NCBI GenBank assembly: GCA_963816185.1
Contig: CAWFJJ010000029.1
Coordinates: 320,001-384,000, forward strand
Length of the DNA stretch: 64,000 bases
Direction of reading: 5' to 3'
Source: Thermoanaerobaculia bacterium
GTDB taxonomy: Bacteria > Acidobacteriota > Thermoanaerobaculia > UBA5066
Below the pieces are notes generated by a model, which was not told the origin of the DNA, ran no database searches, and saw only the letters and a program-made list of their open reading frames with translations. Of this stretch, positions 28,820 to 42,293 are shown one piece after another. How positions within the stretch are numbered: position 1 is the first letter of the stretch; every line of letters starts with the position of its first letter. Made by a program: the position numbers and the translations under genes.

Positions 28820-30370
28820 CTACGCCTCGAGCACGATGTCGAACCGCTCGTGGTGCAGGTGCTCGTCGCTCTGGACGTGGACCGGCATGCCGATCTGCTC
28901 CTCGAGCTCCTCCACGAGACGGCGCTCGTCGCCCACCAGCGAACGGTAGATCTCGGGGTGGACGCGCAGGACGAGCGAATGCGCCTCTCCGACCTCGACG
29001 CGCTTCAGGATCTCGCGGCGGATCTCGAGGACGATCGTCGGAACGCTCTTCGTGCGGCTCGAGCCCGCGCAGTAGGGACACGGCATCGTGAGCGCGCGCT
29101 CCAGGCTCTGGCGCTGCCTCTTCCGCGTGATCTCGACGAGGCCGAACTCCGACACGGGGAGCATCCGGTTCTTCGAGCGGTCCTTCTTGAGCTCGGCCTC
29201 GAGCGCGGTGACGAGCTCCTTGCGGTGCTCCTCTTCCTCCATGTCGATGAAGTCCACGACGAGGAGGCCGCCGAGATCGCGCAGCCGGATCTGCCGGACG
29301 ATCTCCTGCACCGCTTCGAGGTTCGTCTTGACGACCGTGTCCTCGAGACGCTTCTTGCCGACGAACTTGCCCGTGTTCACGTCGATCGCGACGAGCGCTT
29401 CCGTCTGGTTGATGACGATGTAGCCGCCGGACTTCAGCCAGACCTTCGACTTGAGCGCGTTCTCGATCTCGGCCTCGACGCCGTACTCCTCGAAGAGAGG
29501 CGCGGACTTGCGGAAGAGCTTGACCTTCGAAACGAGGACCGGCTGCACCTGGTCGAGGAACTCGACGATGCGCTGGTACTCCTCGTCGTCGTCGACCCAG
29601 AGCGTCGCGAAATCGGAGCCGAAGACGTCCCGCGCGGCGCGGAGCGTGAGGTCGAGATCGCGGTGGAGAAGCGTCGGCGCCCCCGCGCGCTCGCCCTTCT
29701 TGCGGATCTGCTCCCAGAGCTTCGTGAGATAGCGGCGGTCGGCCGCGAACTCCTCCGGCGCGCGACCTTCGCCCGCCGTGCGCACGATGTACCCGCCGGG
29801 ACCCTTCTTGAGGTTCACGAGGATGTCCTTGAGGCGGTTTCTCTCGTCCTCGTTCTCGATGCGCCGCGAGACGCCGACGTGATCGATCGTGGGCATGTAA
29901 ACGAGCGTGCGGCCCGGGAGCGTGACGTGCGTCGTGACGCGTACGCCTTTGTGCGCGATCTGATCCTTCGTGACCTGTACGACTAGCTCCTGACCCTCCC
30001 GGAGCAGCTCGTCGATGGACGGGAGGATCGGCTTCGGCGGCGCCTCACCGTCCGCCGCTGCGGACACCCCCTCGGCCGGCAGGGGAAGCTCCTCGAACGT
30101 CGCCGCGGCGCCGCCGCTCCCGAAGGCGTCGAAATCGTCCACTTCCTCTCCGACGTCGGCCACGTACAGGAAGGCATCCTTCTCGAGCCCGATGTCCACG
30201 AAAGCCGACTGCATCCCGGGCAGGACGCGCGTGACGCGCCCTTTGTAGATGTTCCCGACCGTGCCGCGCTGCCTCCGGCGCTCGATCTGCACCTCAGCGA
30301 CACGCCCTTCCTCGAGTACGGCGATCCGCGTCTCGCGGTCGGAGGAGGAGACGAGAAGCTCTTTCGGCAC
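28820..30370 (-). CDS. rng: Ribonuclease G (Rne/Rng family)
   Basis: GNIYKGRV..VLPGMQSAFVDIG, AIDVNTG, RLRDLGG..VDFIDM, CPYC. Confidence 0.94.
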   Translation of the reverse strand: MPKELLVSSSDRETRIAVLEEGRVAEVQIERRRQRGTVGNIYKGRVTRVLPGMQSAFVDIGLEKDAFLYVADVGEEVDDFDAFGSGGAAATFEELPLPAEGVSAAADGEAPPKPILPSIDELLREGQELVVQVTKDQIAHKGVRVTTHVTLPGRTLVYMPTIDHVGVSRRIENEDERNRLKDILVNLKKGPGGYIVRTAGEGRAPEEFAADRRYLTKLWEQIRKKGERAGAPTLLHRDLDLTLRAARDVFGSDFATLWVDDDEEYQRIVEFLDQVQPVLVSKVKLFRKSAPLFEEYGVEAEIENALKSKVWLKSGGYIVINQTEALVAIDVNTGKFVGKKRLEDTVVKTNLEAVQEIVRQIRLRDLGGLLVVDFIDMEEEEHRKELVTALEAELKKDRSKNRMLPVSEFGLVEITRKRQRQSLERALTMPCPYCAGSSRTKSVPTIVLEIRREILKRVEVGEAHSLVLRVHPEIYRSLVGDERRLVEELEEQIGMPVHVQSDEHLHHERFDIVLEA

Positions 30371-30408
30371 GCGGGGAGTCTAACCTCGGCGCCCGGGGTA
30401 TCCGGGCG

Positions 30409-31509
30409 TCACACGTTCACATACCGGCGGTACGCGACGGAAAGGATCAATCCCACCATGCACCACGTGGCGATGAGCGAGGACCCGCCGTACGAGACGA
30501 ACGGCAGCGTGATGCCGGTCGTGGGCATGACGCCGACGTTCATCGCGACGTTCAACAGCGCCTGGGCGGCGATGTTCAGGATGAGGAGCAGGACGAGCAT
30601 CGCCCCGCCGCGGTCGCGCGCGTCGCGTGCGAGCGCGAGCCCTCGCGCGATGAGGAAGCCGTAAAGCGCGAGGAAGATCGCGACGCCCGCGAATCCCCAC
30701 TCCTCGGCGAGGGCCGCGAAGATGAAGTCGGTGTGACGCACGGGGAGAAAGCCGAGGCGGCTCTGCGTGCCGCGCTCCCAGCCCTTGCCGAAAATGCCGC
30801 CGGAGCCGATTGCGATCCGGGCCTGCCGCACCTGGTACCCGGCGCCTCGCGCCGCGAGGTTCGGATCGAGGAATGTGCGGATGCGGTCCTTCTGGTAATC
30901 CTTCAGGAGGAACCACGAGCCGCCGATCGCGAGCGACCCGCCCAGGATGAGAATGGCCCACCAGCGCCCCGGGATGCCGCCGAAGAAGAGGGCGGCGGCG
31001 AGAAAAGGCAGGTATGTGAGCGCGAGGCCTAGATCCGGCTGAAGGAGGACGAAGACGACCGGAGCGCCGATGGCCGCGCAAATCGCGGCGATCGTGCGCG
31101 GCCGGAGGAGAGCGCGGTCGTCGTTCTCGAGGATCCACGCGAGGAGAAGAGCGATCGAGAGCCGCGCGAACTCGGAAGGCTGAACCTGGAATCCGCCGGC
31201 AATCTTGAGCCACGACTTTGCACCGGCAATCTGCTTTCCGACGAACGGGAGGAAGACAAGCACGAGGAGCGTGAAGGCATAAAGGCCCGGCGAGTACTGC
31301 AGGAGGATGCGGTAGTCGATCGCGAGGAGGATGCCGGCGGCGACGATGCCGACGACCGCGAAGAGAATCTGCTTGCCCGCGAGGTCCCCGCGCGGCGTTC
31401 CCGCGGTCGTCGAGACGACCATCGCGATGCCGATGGCGGTCAGAACGAGCGCGAGAAAGAGAATGCGCAGGTCGATCCGCCGCGGAAGGATCTCGGCCAG
31501 CCGCGACAT
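30409..31509 (-). CDS. rodA: Rod shape-determining SEDS glycosyltransferase RodA
   Basis: QPSEF, LQPDLG, GYQ...AIGSGG, HTDFIF..EEWG, TGITLPFVSYGGSS. Confidence 0.95.
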   Translation of the reverse strand: MSRLAEILPRRIDLRILFLALVLTAIGIAMVVSTTAGTPRGDLAGKQILFAVVGIVAAGILLAIDYRILLQYSPGLYAFTLLVLVFLPFVGKQIAGAKSWLKIAGGFQVQPSEFARLSIALLLAWILENDDRALLRPRTIAAICAAIGAPVVFVLLQPDLGLALTYLPFLAAALFFGGIPGRWWAILILGGSLAIGGSWFLLKDYQKDRIRTFLDPNLAARGAGYQVRQARIAIGSGGIFGKGWERGTQSRLGFLPVRHTDFIFAALAEEWGFAGVAIFLALYGFLIARGLALARDARDRGGAMLVLLLILNIAAQALLNVAMNVGVMPTTGITLPFVSYGGSSLIATWCMVGLILSVAYRRYVNV

Positions 31510-31512
31510 CGT

Positions 31513-33408
31513 CTAGTTCGTCCGCGCTCTCGTGGAGCCCGCCGGGTGCGCGGCGAGCGCCGCGAGGAGCTCGGGCGTCCCGCCGCGGCACTTCGCGACC
31601 CAGTATTCCGCGAGGCGCGCCGCGAGAGGAGCGGCGGCCGACCCTCCATGCTCACCGTGCTCCACGAAGACGACGACGACGATTTTCGGGTCGTCCCGCG
31701 GAGCGAAGCTCGCGAACCAGCCGTGATCGCGCAGCTGCATGGGAAGGAAGTGGCCCCTCCTGGCTTCCTTTTGCCCCACGACCTGGACGGAACCGGTCTT
31801 GCCGCAGAGATCCAGCCCGGCGACGCGCGAAGAGTACGCGGTCCCGCCGGGCATGTTCACGACGCGCCAGAGACCCTCGACGATCGTCTCGCGCACGCCC
31901 GGGGGGTACGGAATCGACTCCTTCGACTCGGGACGGTAGACGAAGCGCTCGCCCGTGCGCACGTTCTCGCCGATGTGGAAGAGGTGCGGAGTCGGAAGGG
32001 CTCCGTCCGCGTTCGCAATACCGGACATGGCGCGTGCGACCTGCAGCGCGGACACGAGGACGGGCCCCTGGCCGATCGCGACGGAGATCGTCTCGCCGAG
32101 ATACCACGGGTGCTTGCGGGCTGCGAGGCTCCAGGCGGGCGAAGGCACGATGCCGCTCTTTTCGCTGGAAAGGTCGATGCCGGTCGGTCGCCCGAAGCCG
32201 AAGAGCCCCGCCGCCCCGGCGATCGCGTCGATCCCGAGCCGCTTGCCCATCGTGTAGAAGTACGTATCGCAGGACTCCTGAAGAGCCGTTACGAGGTCCA
32301 CGGATCCGTGATGGCTGTGACAGCGGAAGAAGCGCCCGTAGAACGTGGCGCCGCCCGGACAGAACACGCGCTCTTTGGGGTCGATCCCGTGCGTGAGGAT
32401 CGCGTATGCCATGTAGGGCTTCCAGATGGAGCCCGGCGAGTACACGTTTTGCAGCGCGCGGTTGTTGAGCGGGTGCTCCGGGTCCGCGACGATGCCTTCC
32501 CATTCGGGGCGGCTCACGCGCTTCGTGAAGAAGTTCGGGTCGTACTCGGGAGCGGAAAGAAGCGCGAGGATCTCGCCGGTCTTCGGGTCGAGCGCCACGA
32601 CCGAGCCGACCTTGTCGGCGAAATAGTCCTCGGCGATCTTCTGGAGCTGAAGGTCGATCGTCAGCCGCAGCGTGTTCCCGGGCGACGGCGACTCCTCCCC
32701 GATTTTTCCGACCTCGCGGCCGAATGAATCGATGACGTACGTGCGCGAGCCCGAGAGCCCGGCGAGAAGGTCCTGATACGTCGCCTCGACGCCCTGCTGA
32801 CCGATCGCCTCGCCGGGGCGCGGAGGATTCGTATCGAGGGGGCGCGCTTTCGTGCGCGCGGCCACCTGCTCGGCCGTGGCCTCGCCGAGGTGGCCCAGGA
32901 GATGAGCCGCCGCGGTGCCTTGCGTGTATACCCGGCGCTCGGTCTTCTGGACGACGAGCTCCGGATGCTCGAGCGAACGCGCCTGGACGGCGCCGACCTC
33001 GGAGATCGTGAGGTTCTCCTGGAGAACGACGGGCACGAAGTCGTAGTACGAGCGATCGCGTTCGACGCGGTGTTTGAGGTCGTCGAACGGGCGGTTGAAG
33101 AGCTCGGCGACGAAACGAAGAGAGGCATCGAGATCCTTAGTCTCACGACGGAACAGCAGAAGCGTGAAGGAGGGTTCGTTCTCGGCGAGAACGACGCCGT
33201 TGCGGTCGAGGATGAAACCCCGCGGCGCCGTGACGGGCACGCGGCGCAAGCGGTTGTTCTCGGCCTGGCGCTCGTAGGACTCGCCTCGGAGCACCTGATG
33301 GACCCAGTACACGCCGGCCAGAAGGCCGATGAGAACCCACGTGCCCCGCACGATGATGTCGATGCGCGAGAGAACGGGACGGCGGTCTTCGCGGGCGCTG
33401 GCTGCCAT
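31513..33408 (-). CDS. mrdA: Penicillin-binding protein 2
   Basis: APRGFILDRNG, SIWK (SxxK), SCD (SxD), KTG motifs. Confidence 0.95.
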   Translation of the reverse strand: MAASAREDRRPVLSRIDIIVRGTWVLIGLLAGVYWVHQVLRGESYERQAENNRLRRVPVTAPRGFILDRNGVVLAENEPSFTLLLFRRETKDLDASLRFVAELFNRPFDDLKHRVERDRSYYDFVPVVLQENLTISEVGAVQARSLEHPELVVQKTERRVYTQGTAAAHLLGHLGEATAEQVAARTKARPLDTNPPRPGEAIGQQGVEATYQDLLAGLSGSRTYVIDSFGREVGKIGEESPSPGNTLRLTIDLQLQKIAEDYFADKVGSVVALDPKTGEILALLSAPEYDPNFFTKRVSRPEWEGIVADPEHPLNNRALQNVYSPGSIWKPYMAYAILTHGIDPKERVFCPGGATFYGRFFRCHSHHGSVDLVTALQESCDTYFYTMGKRLGIDAIAGAAGLFGFGRPTGIDLSSEKSGIVPSPAWSLAARKHPWYLGETISVAIGQGPVLVSALQVARAMSGIANADGALPTPHLFHIGENVRTGERFVYRPESKESIPYPPGVRETIVEGLWRVVNMPGGTAYSSRVAGLDLCGKTGSVQVVGQKEARRGHFLPMQLRDHGWFASFAPRDDPKIVVVVFVEHGEHGGSAAAPLAARLAEYWVAKCRGGTPELLAALAAHPAGSTRARTN

Positions 33409-33911
33409 CAGCCGAGCCTCACGCGCCGGCGCGCGGCGCGCCGCTCTTTCCAGGGGATGCGCGACGCCGCGTAGAGCAGGCCGCCGAGCCCTCCCGTCGT
33501 CGCGGCGCGCGCGACGAGCCGCCAGGGATCGGGCGGAAGAAGCTCGCCGGTGAGCACCCAGATCAGAAGGGTGAGCGTCGCGGCCTCCACGACCACGGCG
33601 CCCGCGAGGAGGCCGCCGACGGCCAGCGGCTTCTCGACCACGGTGCGCGCGCCCACCGTGGCGAGGAGATATCCGATCAGGATCTTCGAGAACGCGTAGA
33701 GGCCGAGCAGCCTGCCGGGCCCGAAGAGGCCATCCTGGAGAAGGCCGGCCGGAAGAGCGGCCAGCATCGCCGGCACGGCGGTTCCGCCGCGCGCCATGTC
33801 CGCGACGACGAGAAGGAAGAGGTCCGGAGGGGCCGGCATGTGGATCGCGCCGAGCGCGAGCGTCATGAGGACCGCGAGAGAGAGCCCGACGGCGACGCGG
33901 AGAGGCTTCAC
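33408..33911 (-). CDS. mreD: MreD
   Basis: Hydrophobic multi-TM protein (PDLFLL, GLLQD) between mreC and mrdA. Confidence 0.8.
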   Translation of the reverse strand: MKPLRVAVGLSLAVLMTLALGAIHMPAPPDLFLLVVADMARGGTAVPAMLAALPAGLLQDGLFGPGRLLGLYAFSKILIGYLLATVGARTVVEKPLAVGGLLAGAVVVEAATLTLLIWVLTGELLPPDPWRLVARAATTGGLGGLLYAASRIPWKERRAARRRVRLG

Positions 33912-33927
33912 AGGGCGCGCCTCCCGC

Positions 33928-34797
33928 TCAGTGTCGGTCCGCCACGGCGTGGCCCGAGGTGACGTCGGATTTCCTCACCGGAGGCAGGACGAACACGAGA
34001 GATTCGCCATGGGGATCGGCCGCGGCCGAGACCTGGATCTCCCAGAAGAGCGTCTTGTTGCGGCGGACCGATGCGACGCGGCCGACCGGGAGCCCGCCGG
34101 GGTAGACGCCGTCCGTGCCCGAGGAGACGACCGCATCGTTCGATTCGACGGGCTCGATCGTCGGCACGTACTCGACCGACACGCTTTCTTTCCCGTCGCC
34201 TCTCGCCACGGCCGCTCGTCCGCCGCTCGTCCCGTGCCTCAGGAGCACGCCCACGGCCGCCGTGTTGTCGGAGAGGAGCTGCACGCGCGCGGTCCGGGGG
34301 CCGAGGGCGATGACGCGGCCCAGGAGCCCGCCTCTTGCGAGGACGACACCGTCGAGCCGGAGGCCGTCAGACGCGCCGCGGTCGAGGAGCGCGGTGCGGA
34401 AGGGCCCGCTCGACTCCACGGCGATGAGCCGCGCGGGGATCGTTCCGGGCGGCGGTGACGGCTGCTCGCCGAAGAGCTCGAGGAGGCGCCCCTTGTCCTC
34501 TTCGGCGTCGCGCAAGCGGAGAAGCTCCCCGCGGAGCTGCTCGACCTCGGCGGTCAGCGCGCGATTCTCGACGCGCAGCGCGCGCCGCGACGCCGCCCAG
34601 GTCCCGACTTCCTGAAGACCGGAGCGCACGGACGTGACGAGGTCGACGAACGGGGAGACGGCCGTGAGGAGCCAGCTCTCACCTACGGTGCGTCCGCCGG
34701 GCCGGCGCACCTGAAGCGACAATGTGACGAGACACAGAGAGAGAAGCACCGCGAGGAAGATTTCGGGGCGGCGTTCGGCGAGAGTCGGGGCGGCCAC
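33928..34797 (-). CDS. mreC: MreC
   Basis: TM, coiled coil, LDRG..DG, GLLGRV, SSGTDGVYPGGLPVG. Confidence 0.9.
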   Translation of the reverse strand: MAAPTLAERRPEIFLAVLLSLCLVTLSLQVRRPGGRTVGESWLLTAVSPFVDLVTSVRSGLQEVGTWAASRRALRVENRALTAEVEQLRGELLRLRDAEEDKGRLLELFGEQPSPPPGTIPARLIAVESSGPFRTALLDRGASDGLRLDGVVLARGGLLGRVIALGPRTARVQLLSDNTAAVGVLLRHGTSGGRAAVARGDGKESVSVEYVPTIEPVESNDAVVSSGTDGVYPGGLPVGRVASVRRNKTLFWEIQVSAAADPHGESLVFVLPPVRKSDVTSGHAVADRH

Positions 34798-34802
34798 GGG
34801 CG

Positions 34803-37317
<2,515 letters not shown>

Positions 37318-37497
37318 AACGCTCGTTTCTGGAAACCCTTACAGCGAAGCTTCTTATAGCATGTCAGACACTTGGCATGCCCTCCCGGCGCGACGGGGCG
37401 AGTGTAACTTTACCGCCGTTTGCCTCTGGGGTATCGTCATTAATTCCTTCGGGCCCCGTGGCATGCGCCCCGGATGCGCCCGTCTTCGGAGAACAAG

Positions 37498-39444
37498 ATG
37501 CTCAAGGCGCTGCGTGAAAACTTCAAACACCTTCAATGGATCCTCTGGGCGGTGATCGCGATCTTCGTGATCTTCGTCTTCGCCGACTGGGGGATGGGCT
37601 CCCAGCGCGGCGGAGCCGGCGACGCGGCGCTCGCTGCGAAGGCGGGCGACATCCGGATCACGACCACCGAGTTCCAGAGGGAATACGCGTTCGCCGAGGA
37701 CCGCTATCGGCAGGCGTACGGCAAGAACTTCAGCCCCGAGCTCGCGCGGGCGATGAACCTGCCCGAGCAGGTTCTGAACTCCCTGATCGACCGCCGCCTG
37801 TTCCGCGAAGAGGCCGAGCGACTGCACCTCAAGGTGACCGACGACGAGCTCACGCAGCACATTCTCGGCATCAAGGACCCGCAGAGCGGCAAGGCGCTTT
37901 TCGTGAAGGACGGGGCCTTCGTCGGCGACGCGGCCTACCGGCGCATTCTCGCGGCGAATCATCTCGTGCCGCAAAGCTTCGAGGAGCAGCAGCGCGAACA
38001 AATCCTCCTCGAGAAGCTGAACCGGTTCTTGACGGAAGCCGTCGTCGTGTCCGACGACGAGGTGAAGACCGAGTTCGAGAATCGACACGTCAAGGCGAAG
38101 ATCGCATGGGCGCTCCTGCCCGTCGTCACGGCCGCGCAGTCCCCCGTCTCGGACGCGGAAGCCGAGGCGTTCTTCAAGGCGAACCCGACCCCGTACCTGC
38201 AGCCGGAGAAGCGCAGGGCGAAGTACCTCCTCGTCGAGTCGGCGAAGATCAAGCCTACGATCCAGGTCTCGGATGCCGACGTCGCGGCCGACTACGCCGC
38301 GAACGCGGAGAGCTACCGCAAGGGCGAAGAAGTGCATGCGCGGCACATCCTGTACAAGGTCGAAGGCGGAAACGACGCCTCGCAGAAGGCGAAGGCGGAG
38401 GCCGCAGTGCGAAGGCTCAAGGCCGGCGCGGACTTCGCGGCGCTCGCGAAGGCCGAGTCGGACGACCCCGGCTCGAAGGCGAACGGCGGCGACCTCGGCT
38501 CCTTCCCGAGGGGCCGCATGGTGAAGGAGTTCGAGGACGCGGCCTTCTCCGCGAAAGAGAAGGAGATCATCGGGCCCGTGAAGAGCTCGTTCGGGTACCA
38601 CGTCATCCAGGTGCTCGAAAAGACAGGGGAGCGCGTGCAACCGCTCTTCGAGGTCTCGGCGGGCATCCGCGCGCGCCTGCAGGAGGATCGCGCGCGCGAC
38701 GAGGCCAAGCGCCTCGCCACCGGCCTCGCCGAGAAGGTCGCGAAGATGGGCAAGCCGTCCGACGACGATCTGCGCAAGCTCGCCGGGGGCGGCGTGACGT
38801 TCAACGAGACGGAGCTCCTCGCGCGGACGGACGCGCCCCAGGGCATCGGCTTCAACCCGCAGTTCAACGAAAAGCTGTTCTCGCTCAAGGAGGGCGAGAC
38901 GGCCTCGACGCCCGTTTCCACGGCGCGCGGCGAGGCCATCATCAAGCTCGTCGAGGTCAAGAAGCCCGGTCTCCCGGCGTTCGCCGAGGTCAAGGCGCGC
39001 GTCATCGCCGACATCCAGAAGAAAAGGCAGGACGAAGCGACGCTCGCGTCGCTGAAGCAGGCGATGACCCCGGCCGCGACGCTCGAGGACATCGCGAAGA
39101 AGCTGAACCTCAAGATCGAGACGCCCGACGCGTTCGGGAAGGCCGGCCCGATTCCCGGGCTCGGCGCGCCGAAGGCGGTTCTCGACGCCGTGTTCGCCGC
39201 GAAGCCGGGCGAGCTGAAGGGGCCGATCGCCGTGGCCGAGCGCGGAGCGGTCGTCGTGCGCGTCGACAGCGTGACGCCGTTCGACTTGGCGGCGTTCGAG
39301 AAGGAGAAGGACACGCTGAAAGAGAGCCTGCGCGGCCAGAAATCGAACCGCCTCCTGCAGGCGCTCGTCCAGAAGAGACGCTCCGATCTGAAGATCGAGT
39401 TCAACCGCGAGCTCCTTTCGAAGATGGGCGGCTCGAAGGCGTAG
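37498..39444 (+). CDS. ppiD: PpiD/SurA-family peptidyl-prolyl isomerase
   Basis: N-terminal TM, SurA_N, ARHIL...DFAALAK..SDDPGS..NGGDLG..MVKEFE..FGYHVI parvulin domain. Confidence 0.9.
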   Translation: MLKALRENFKHLQWILWAVIAIFVIFVFADWGMGSQRGGAGDAALAAKAGDIRITTTEFQREYAFAEDRYRQAYGKNFSPELARAMNLPEQVLNSLIDRRLFREEAERLHLKVTDDELTQHILGIKDPQSGKALFVKDGAFVGDAAYRRILAANHLVPQSFEEQQREQILLEKLNRFLTEAVVVSDDEVKTEFENRHVKAKIAWALLPVVTAAQSPVSDAEAEAFFKANPTPYLQPEKRRAKYLLVESAKIKPTIQVSDADVAADYAANAESYRKGEEVHARHILYKVEGGNDASQKAKAEAAVRRLKAGADFAALAKAESDDPGSKANGGDLGSFPRGRMVKEFEDAAFSAKEKEIIGPVKSSFGYHVIQVLEKTGERVQPLFEVSAGIRARLQEDRARDEAKRLATGLAEKVAKMGKPSDDDLRKLAGGGVTFNETELLARTDAPQGIGFNPQFNEKLFSLKEGETASTPVSTARGEAIIKLVEVKKPGLPAFAEVKARVIADIQKKRQDEATLASLKQAMTPAATLEDIAKKLNLKIETPDAFGKAGPIPGLGAPKAVLDAVFAAKPGELKGPIAVAERGAVVVRVDSVTPFDLAAFEKEKDTLKESLRGQKSNRLLQALVQKRRSDLKIEFNRELLSKMGGSKA

Positions 39445-39460
39445 GGACGGCGGCCCTCCT

Positions 39461-40054
39461 GTGATCGCCCGTCTCTCGGGCACCGTTCTCGATCTGCGCA
39501 CGGACCGTCTCGTCCTCGACGTCAACGGCGTCGGTTACGATCTCGCGATCCCGCTCGGCACGTTCTCGGCGCTTCCACCCGTGGGCGAGAAGGCCATCCT
39601 CCACGTCCACACGCACGTGCGCGAGGACGCGCTTTTGCTGTTCGGCTTCGCGACGGCGCAGGAGAAATACGTCTTCGAGCGGCTCATCTCGGTGTCGGGG
39701 ATCGGGCCGAAGGTCGCGCTGACCGTGCTGTCCGGCCTGCCGCTGCCCGATCTCGTCCGCGCGATCGCGACGCAGAATGCGCGCGTCCTCGCGACGATCC
39801 CGGGAGTCGGCAAGAAGCTGGCCGAGCGCCTCGGCCTCGAGCTGAAGGAGAAGCTGGCGAGCTTCGGCGTCGGTGCGGGGGCCCCGTCGCCGGGCGGAAA
39901 GTCCTCGGCCGTCGAGGACGCGATCGGCGCGCTCGAGAACCTCGGCTACAAGGTCGCGCAGGCCGAGCAGGCCGTGGAAAGGGCCGTCCGCGACGTCGGG
40001 GTCGACGACCTCAACAAGATCCTCCAGGCGGCTTTGAAGTCGCTCGCCCGGTAG
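39461..40054 (+). CDS. ruvA: Holliday junction branch migration protein RuvA
   Basis: LDVNGVGY, HVREDA, VSGIGPK, IPGVGKK. Confidence 0.96.
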   Translation: MIARLSGTVLDLRTDRLVLDVNGVGYDLAIPLGTFSALPPVGEKAILHVHTHVREDALLLFGFATAQEKYVFERLISVSGIGPKVALTVLSGLPLPDLVRAIATQNARVLATIPGVGKKLAERLGLELKEKLASFGVGAGAPSPGGKSSAVEDAIGALENLGYKVAQAEQAVERAVRDVGVDDLNKILQAALKSLAR

Positions 40055-40078
40055 TCCTCTCCTTCATAATCACACCCA

Positions 40079-41098
40079 GTGGACGAACGCATTCTCTCGG
40101 GCGTGCTCCAGACGGCCGAGGCGGACCCCGAGGTCACGCTACGCCCGCGCGCGCTCCTGGAGTTCATCGGGCAGCCGAAGCTGAAAGAGACGCTCGGCGT
40201 GTTCCTCCAGGCCGCGCGGCAGCGGCAGGAGCCGCTGGACCACGTCCTCCTCTGCGGCCCTCCGGGCCTCGGCAAGACGACGCTCGCGCACATCATCGCC
40301 CGCGAGATGGGTGCCCAGATCCGCGTCACGTCCGGCCCCGTCCTCGAGAAGGCGGGAGACCTCGCTGCGATTCTCACGAACCTCGCGCCGGGCGACATCC
40401 TGTTCGTGGACGAGATCCACCGCATGCCGCCCGCGGTCGAGGAGATCCTCTACCCGGCGATGGAGGACGGGAAGCTCGACCTCGTCATCGGCACGGGGCC
40501 GGGCGCGCGCACGGTCGAGCTCAGGCTTCCGCCGTTCACGCTCGTGGGCGCGACGACGCGGGCCGGGCTCCTCTCCCAGCCCTTCACGTCGCGCTTCGGC
40601 ATTACGCACCGCCTCGATTTCTACGATGCCGAGGCGCTCGCGACGATCGTGAAGCGCTCGGCCGACATCCTCTCCTGCCCGGTCGAGCCTGCGGGCGCGC
40701 GTGAGATCGCGCGGCGCAGCCGCGGCACGCCGCGCATCGCGAACCGGCTTCTGCGCCGCGTACGCGACTACGCCGAGGTCGCCGGGGAGAGCGCGATCAC
40801 CGAGCGCGGAGCGGAAGTCGCGCTCGACAAGCTCGAGGTGGACCAGCACGGCCTCGACGAGATCGACCGCCGCATCCTCACGCTCGTCATCGAGCGGTTT
40901 TCCGGCGGGCCCGTCGGCCTCTCGGCGCTCGCGCACTCGCTCGGCGAGGACAAGGGAACGCTCGAGGATCTGTACGAGCCGTTCCTCCTGCAGTCCGGCT
41001 TCCTGCAGCGGACGCCTAAGGGGCGGGTGGCTTCCGCCCTCGCGTATCGCCACCTCGGGCTGAAGCCCACGGCAGGCTCGGGCACGCTCTTTGGCTGA
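40079..41098 (+). CDS. ruvB: Holliday junction helicase RuvB
   Basis: [41 protein letters not shown]. Confidence 0.97.
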   Translation: MDERILSGVLQTAEADPEVTLRPRALLEFIGQPKLKETLGVFLQAARQRQEPLDHVLLCGPPGLGKTTLAHIIAREMGAQIRVTSGPVLEKAGDLAAILTNLAPGDILFVDEIHRMPPAVEEILYPAMEDGKLDLVIGTGPGARTVELRLPPFTLVGATTRAGLLSQPFTSRFGITHRLDFYDAEALATIVKRSADILSCPVEPAGAREIARRSRGTPRIANRLLRRVRDYAEVAGESAITERGAEVALDKLEVDQHGLDEIDRRILTLVIERFSGGPVGLSALAHSLGEDKGTLEDLYEPFLLQSGFLQRTPKGRVASALAYRHLGLKPTAGSGTLFG

Positions 41099-42008
41099 GA
41101 GCGGCGGCCCGCGGCGGGGCCTCCTCGTCTACAACCCGACGGCAGGCGGCGCTGGCCGGCGCGCGGACGTGCCGGGCGTCGTCGCGCGCGCGGCCCGGCG
41201 CGGTCTCGAGCTGCTGCCCCTGCCGACCGAGCGGCCGCGTCACGCGACCGAGCTCGTGTCCGCGCGCCTCGGGGAGGCTCTCGACCTCGTGGCGGTGGCG
41301 GGCGGCGACGGAACGGTCGGCGAGGTCGCCGAGGCCCTCCTCGGCACCGACGTGCCGATCGCGATCCTCCCGACGGGAACGGCGAACGTCGTCGCGCGGG
41401 AATACGGCCTCGGCCGCACCGTGGCCGAGGGGGAGCGCGCGCTGACGTCCTCCCGTGTCAAGCCCCTCACGGTATGGCACGCGGCGGGCCGGACGTGCCT
41501 CATCGGCGCGGGCGTGGGGTTCGACGCGCGCGTCATGAAGAACGTCGTCCCCTGGCTCAAACGCGCCTTCGGACGGACCGGGTACAGTTGGACCGCGACC
41601 CTCGAATGGCTGAAATACGAGTTCCCGCCGATCGAGGTGACCGGTGTGGACGCCGAAGGCGCGTCCTTCTCGGTGGAGGCGAGGTTCGTCCTCGCCGCGA
41701 ACACGCGCCGGTACGGCGGCGACCCGATCCTGTCCCCGTTCGCAGACCCGGCGGACGACCTCCTCGATCTCGTTTTGTTCGGATCCCGCTCCCGCTGGAC
41801 GCTCATGCGCTGGTACGGCCGCCTCTCGCGCGGAAAGGCCGCGCACCTTTCGGTCGAAGGCTGCTCGCGCCTCGCCGTGCGCCAGTTTGCCGCTCGCTCG
41901 CTCGCGGGTTACGAGCTCGACGTGCAGGTCGACGGCGACGCTGTCACGACGACGCCCTTCGCGATGGGCCCGGCCGCGGGCCGCGTGCGAATCGTCGTGC
42001 CGGAGTGA
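41091..42008 (+). CDS. Diacylglycerol/lipid kinase family (YegS/DagK)
   Basis: NPTAG, GGDGT, PTGTAN, GVGFDA, QVDGD. Confidence 0.9.
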   Translation: MAESGGPRRGLLVYNPTAGGAGRRADVPGVVARAARRGLELLPLPTERPRHATELVSARLGEALDLVAVAGGDGTVGEVAEALLGTDVPIAILPTGTANVVAREYGLGRTVAEGERALTSSRVKPLTVWHAAGRTCLIGAGVGFDARVMKNVVPWLKRAFGRTGYSWTATLEWLKYEFPPIEVTGVDAEGASFSVEARFVLAANTRRYGGDPILSPFADPADDLLDLVLFGSRSRWTLMRWYGRLSRGKAAHLSVEGCSRLAVRQFAARSLAGYELDVQVDGDAVTTTPFAMGPAAGRVRIVVPE

Positions 42009-42039
42009 GCGCCGCTAAAATCCCGCCGAAGGAGGACTC

Positions 42040-42261
42040 ATGAGACGGATCGCTCTCGTCCTCATCCTGCTCGGCGTCGTGGGATTCCTCGTCGCCTCCA
42101 GCCAGCGCAGCGGTTACGAAAGCGTGGAGGGCCGGATGAAAGCTACGTTCTCGAAAGAGGAGCGCGGCAAGCGAGACATGGCCGCGACGGGGCGCTGGGT
42201 CGCCCTCGCGGTCGCGGCGATCGGCGCCGTTCTCTTCTTCGTGCCCGAACGGAAGGGCTGA
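42040..42261 (+). CDS. Small two-TM membrane protein
   Basis: AGGAGG RBS; two hydrophobic segments. Confidence 0.7.
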   Translation: MRRIALVLILLGVVGFLVASSQRSGYESVEGRMKATFSKEERGKRDMAATGRWVALAVAAIGAVLFFVPERKG

Positions 42262-42293
42262 ACGAAACTCATCTGGTCGAGAGGAGGCGTGTC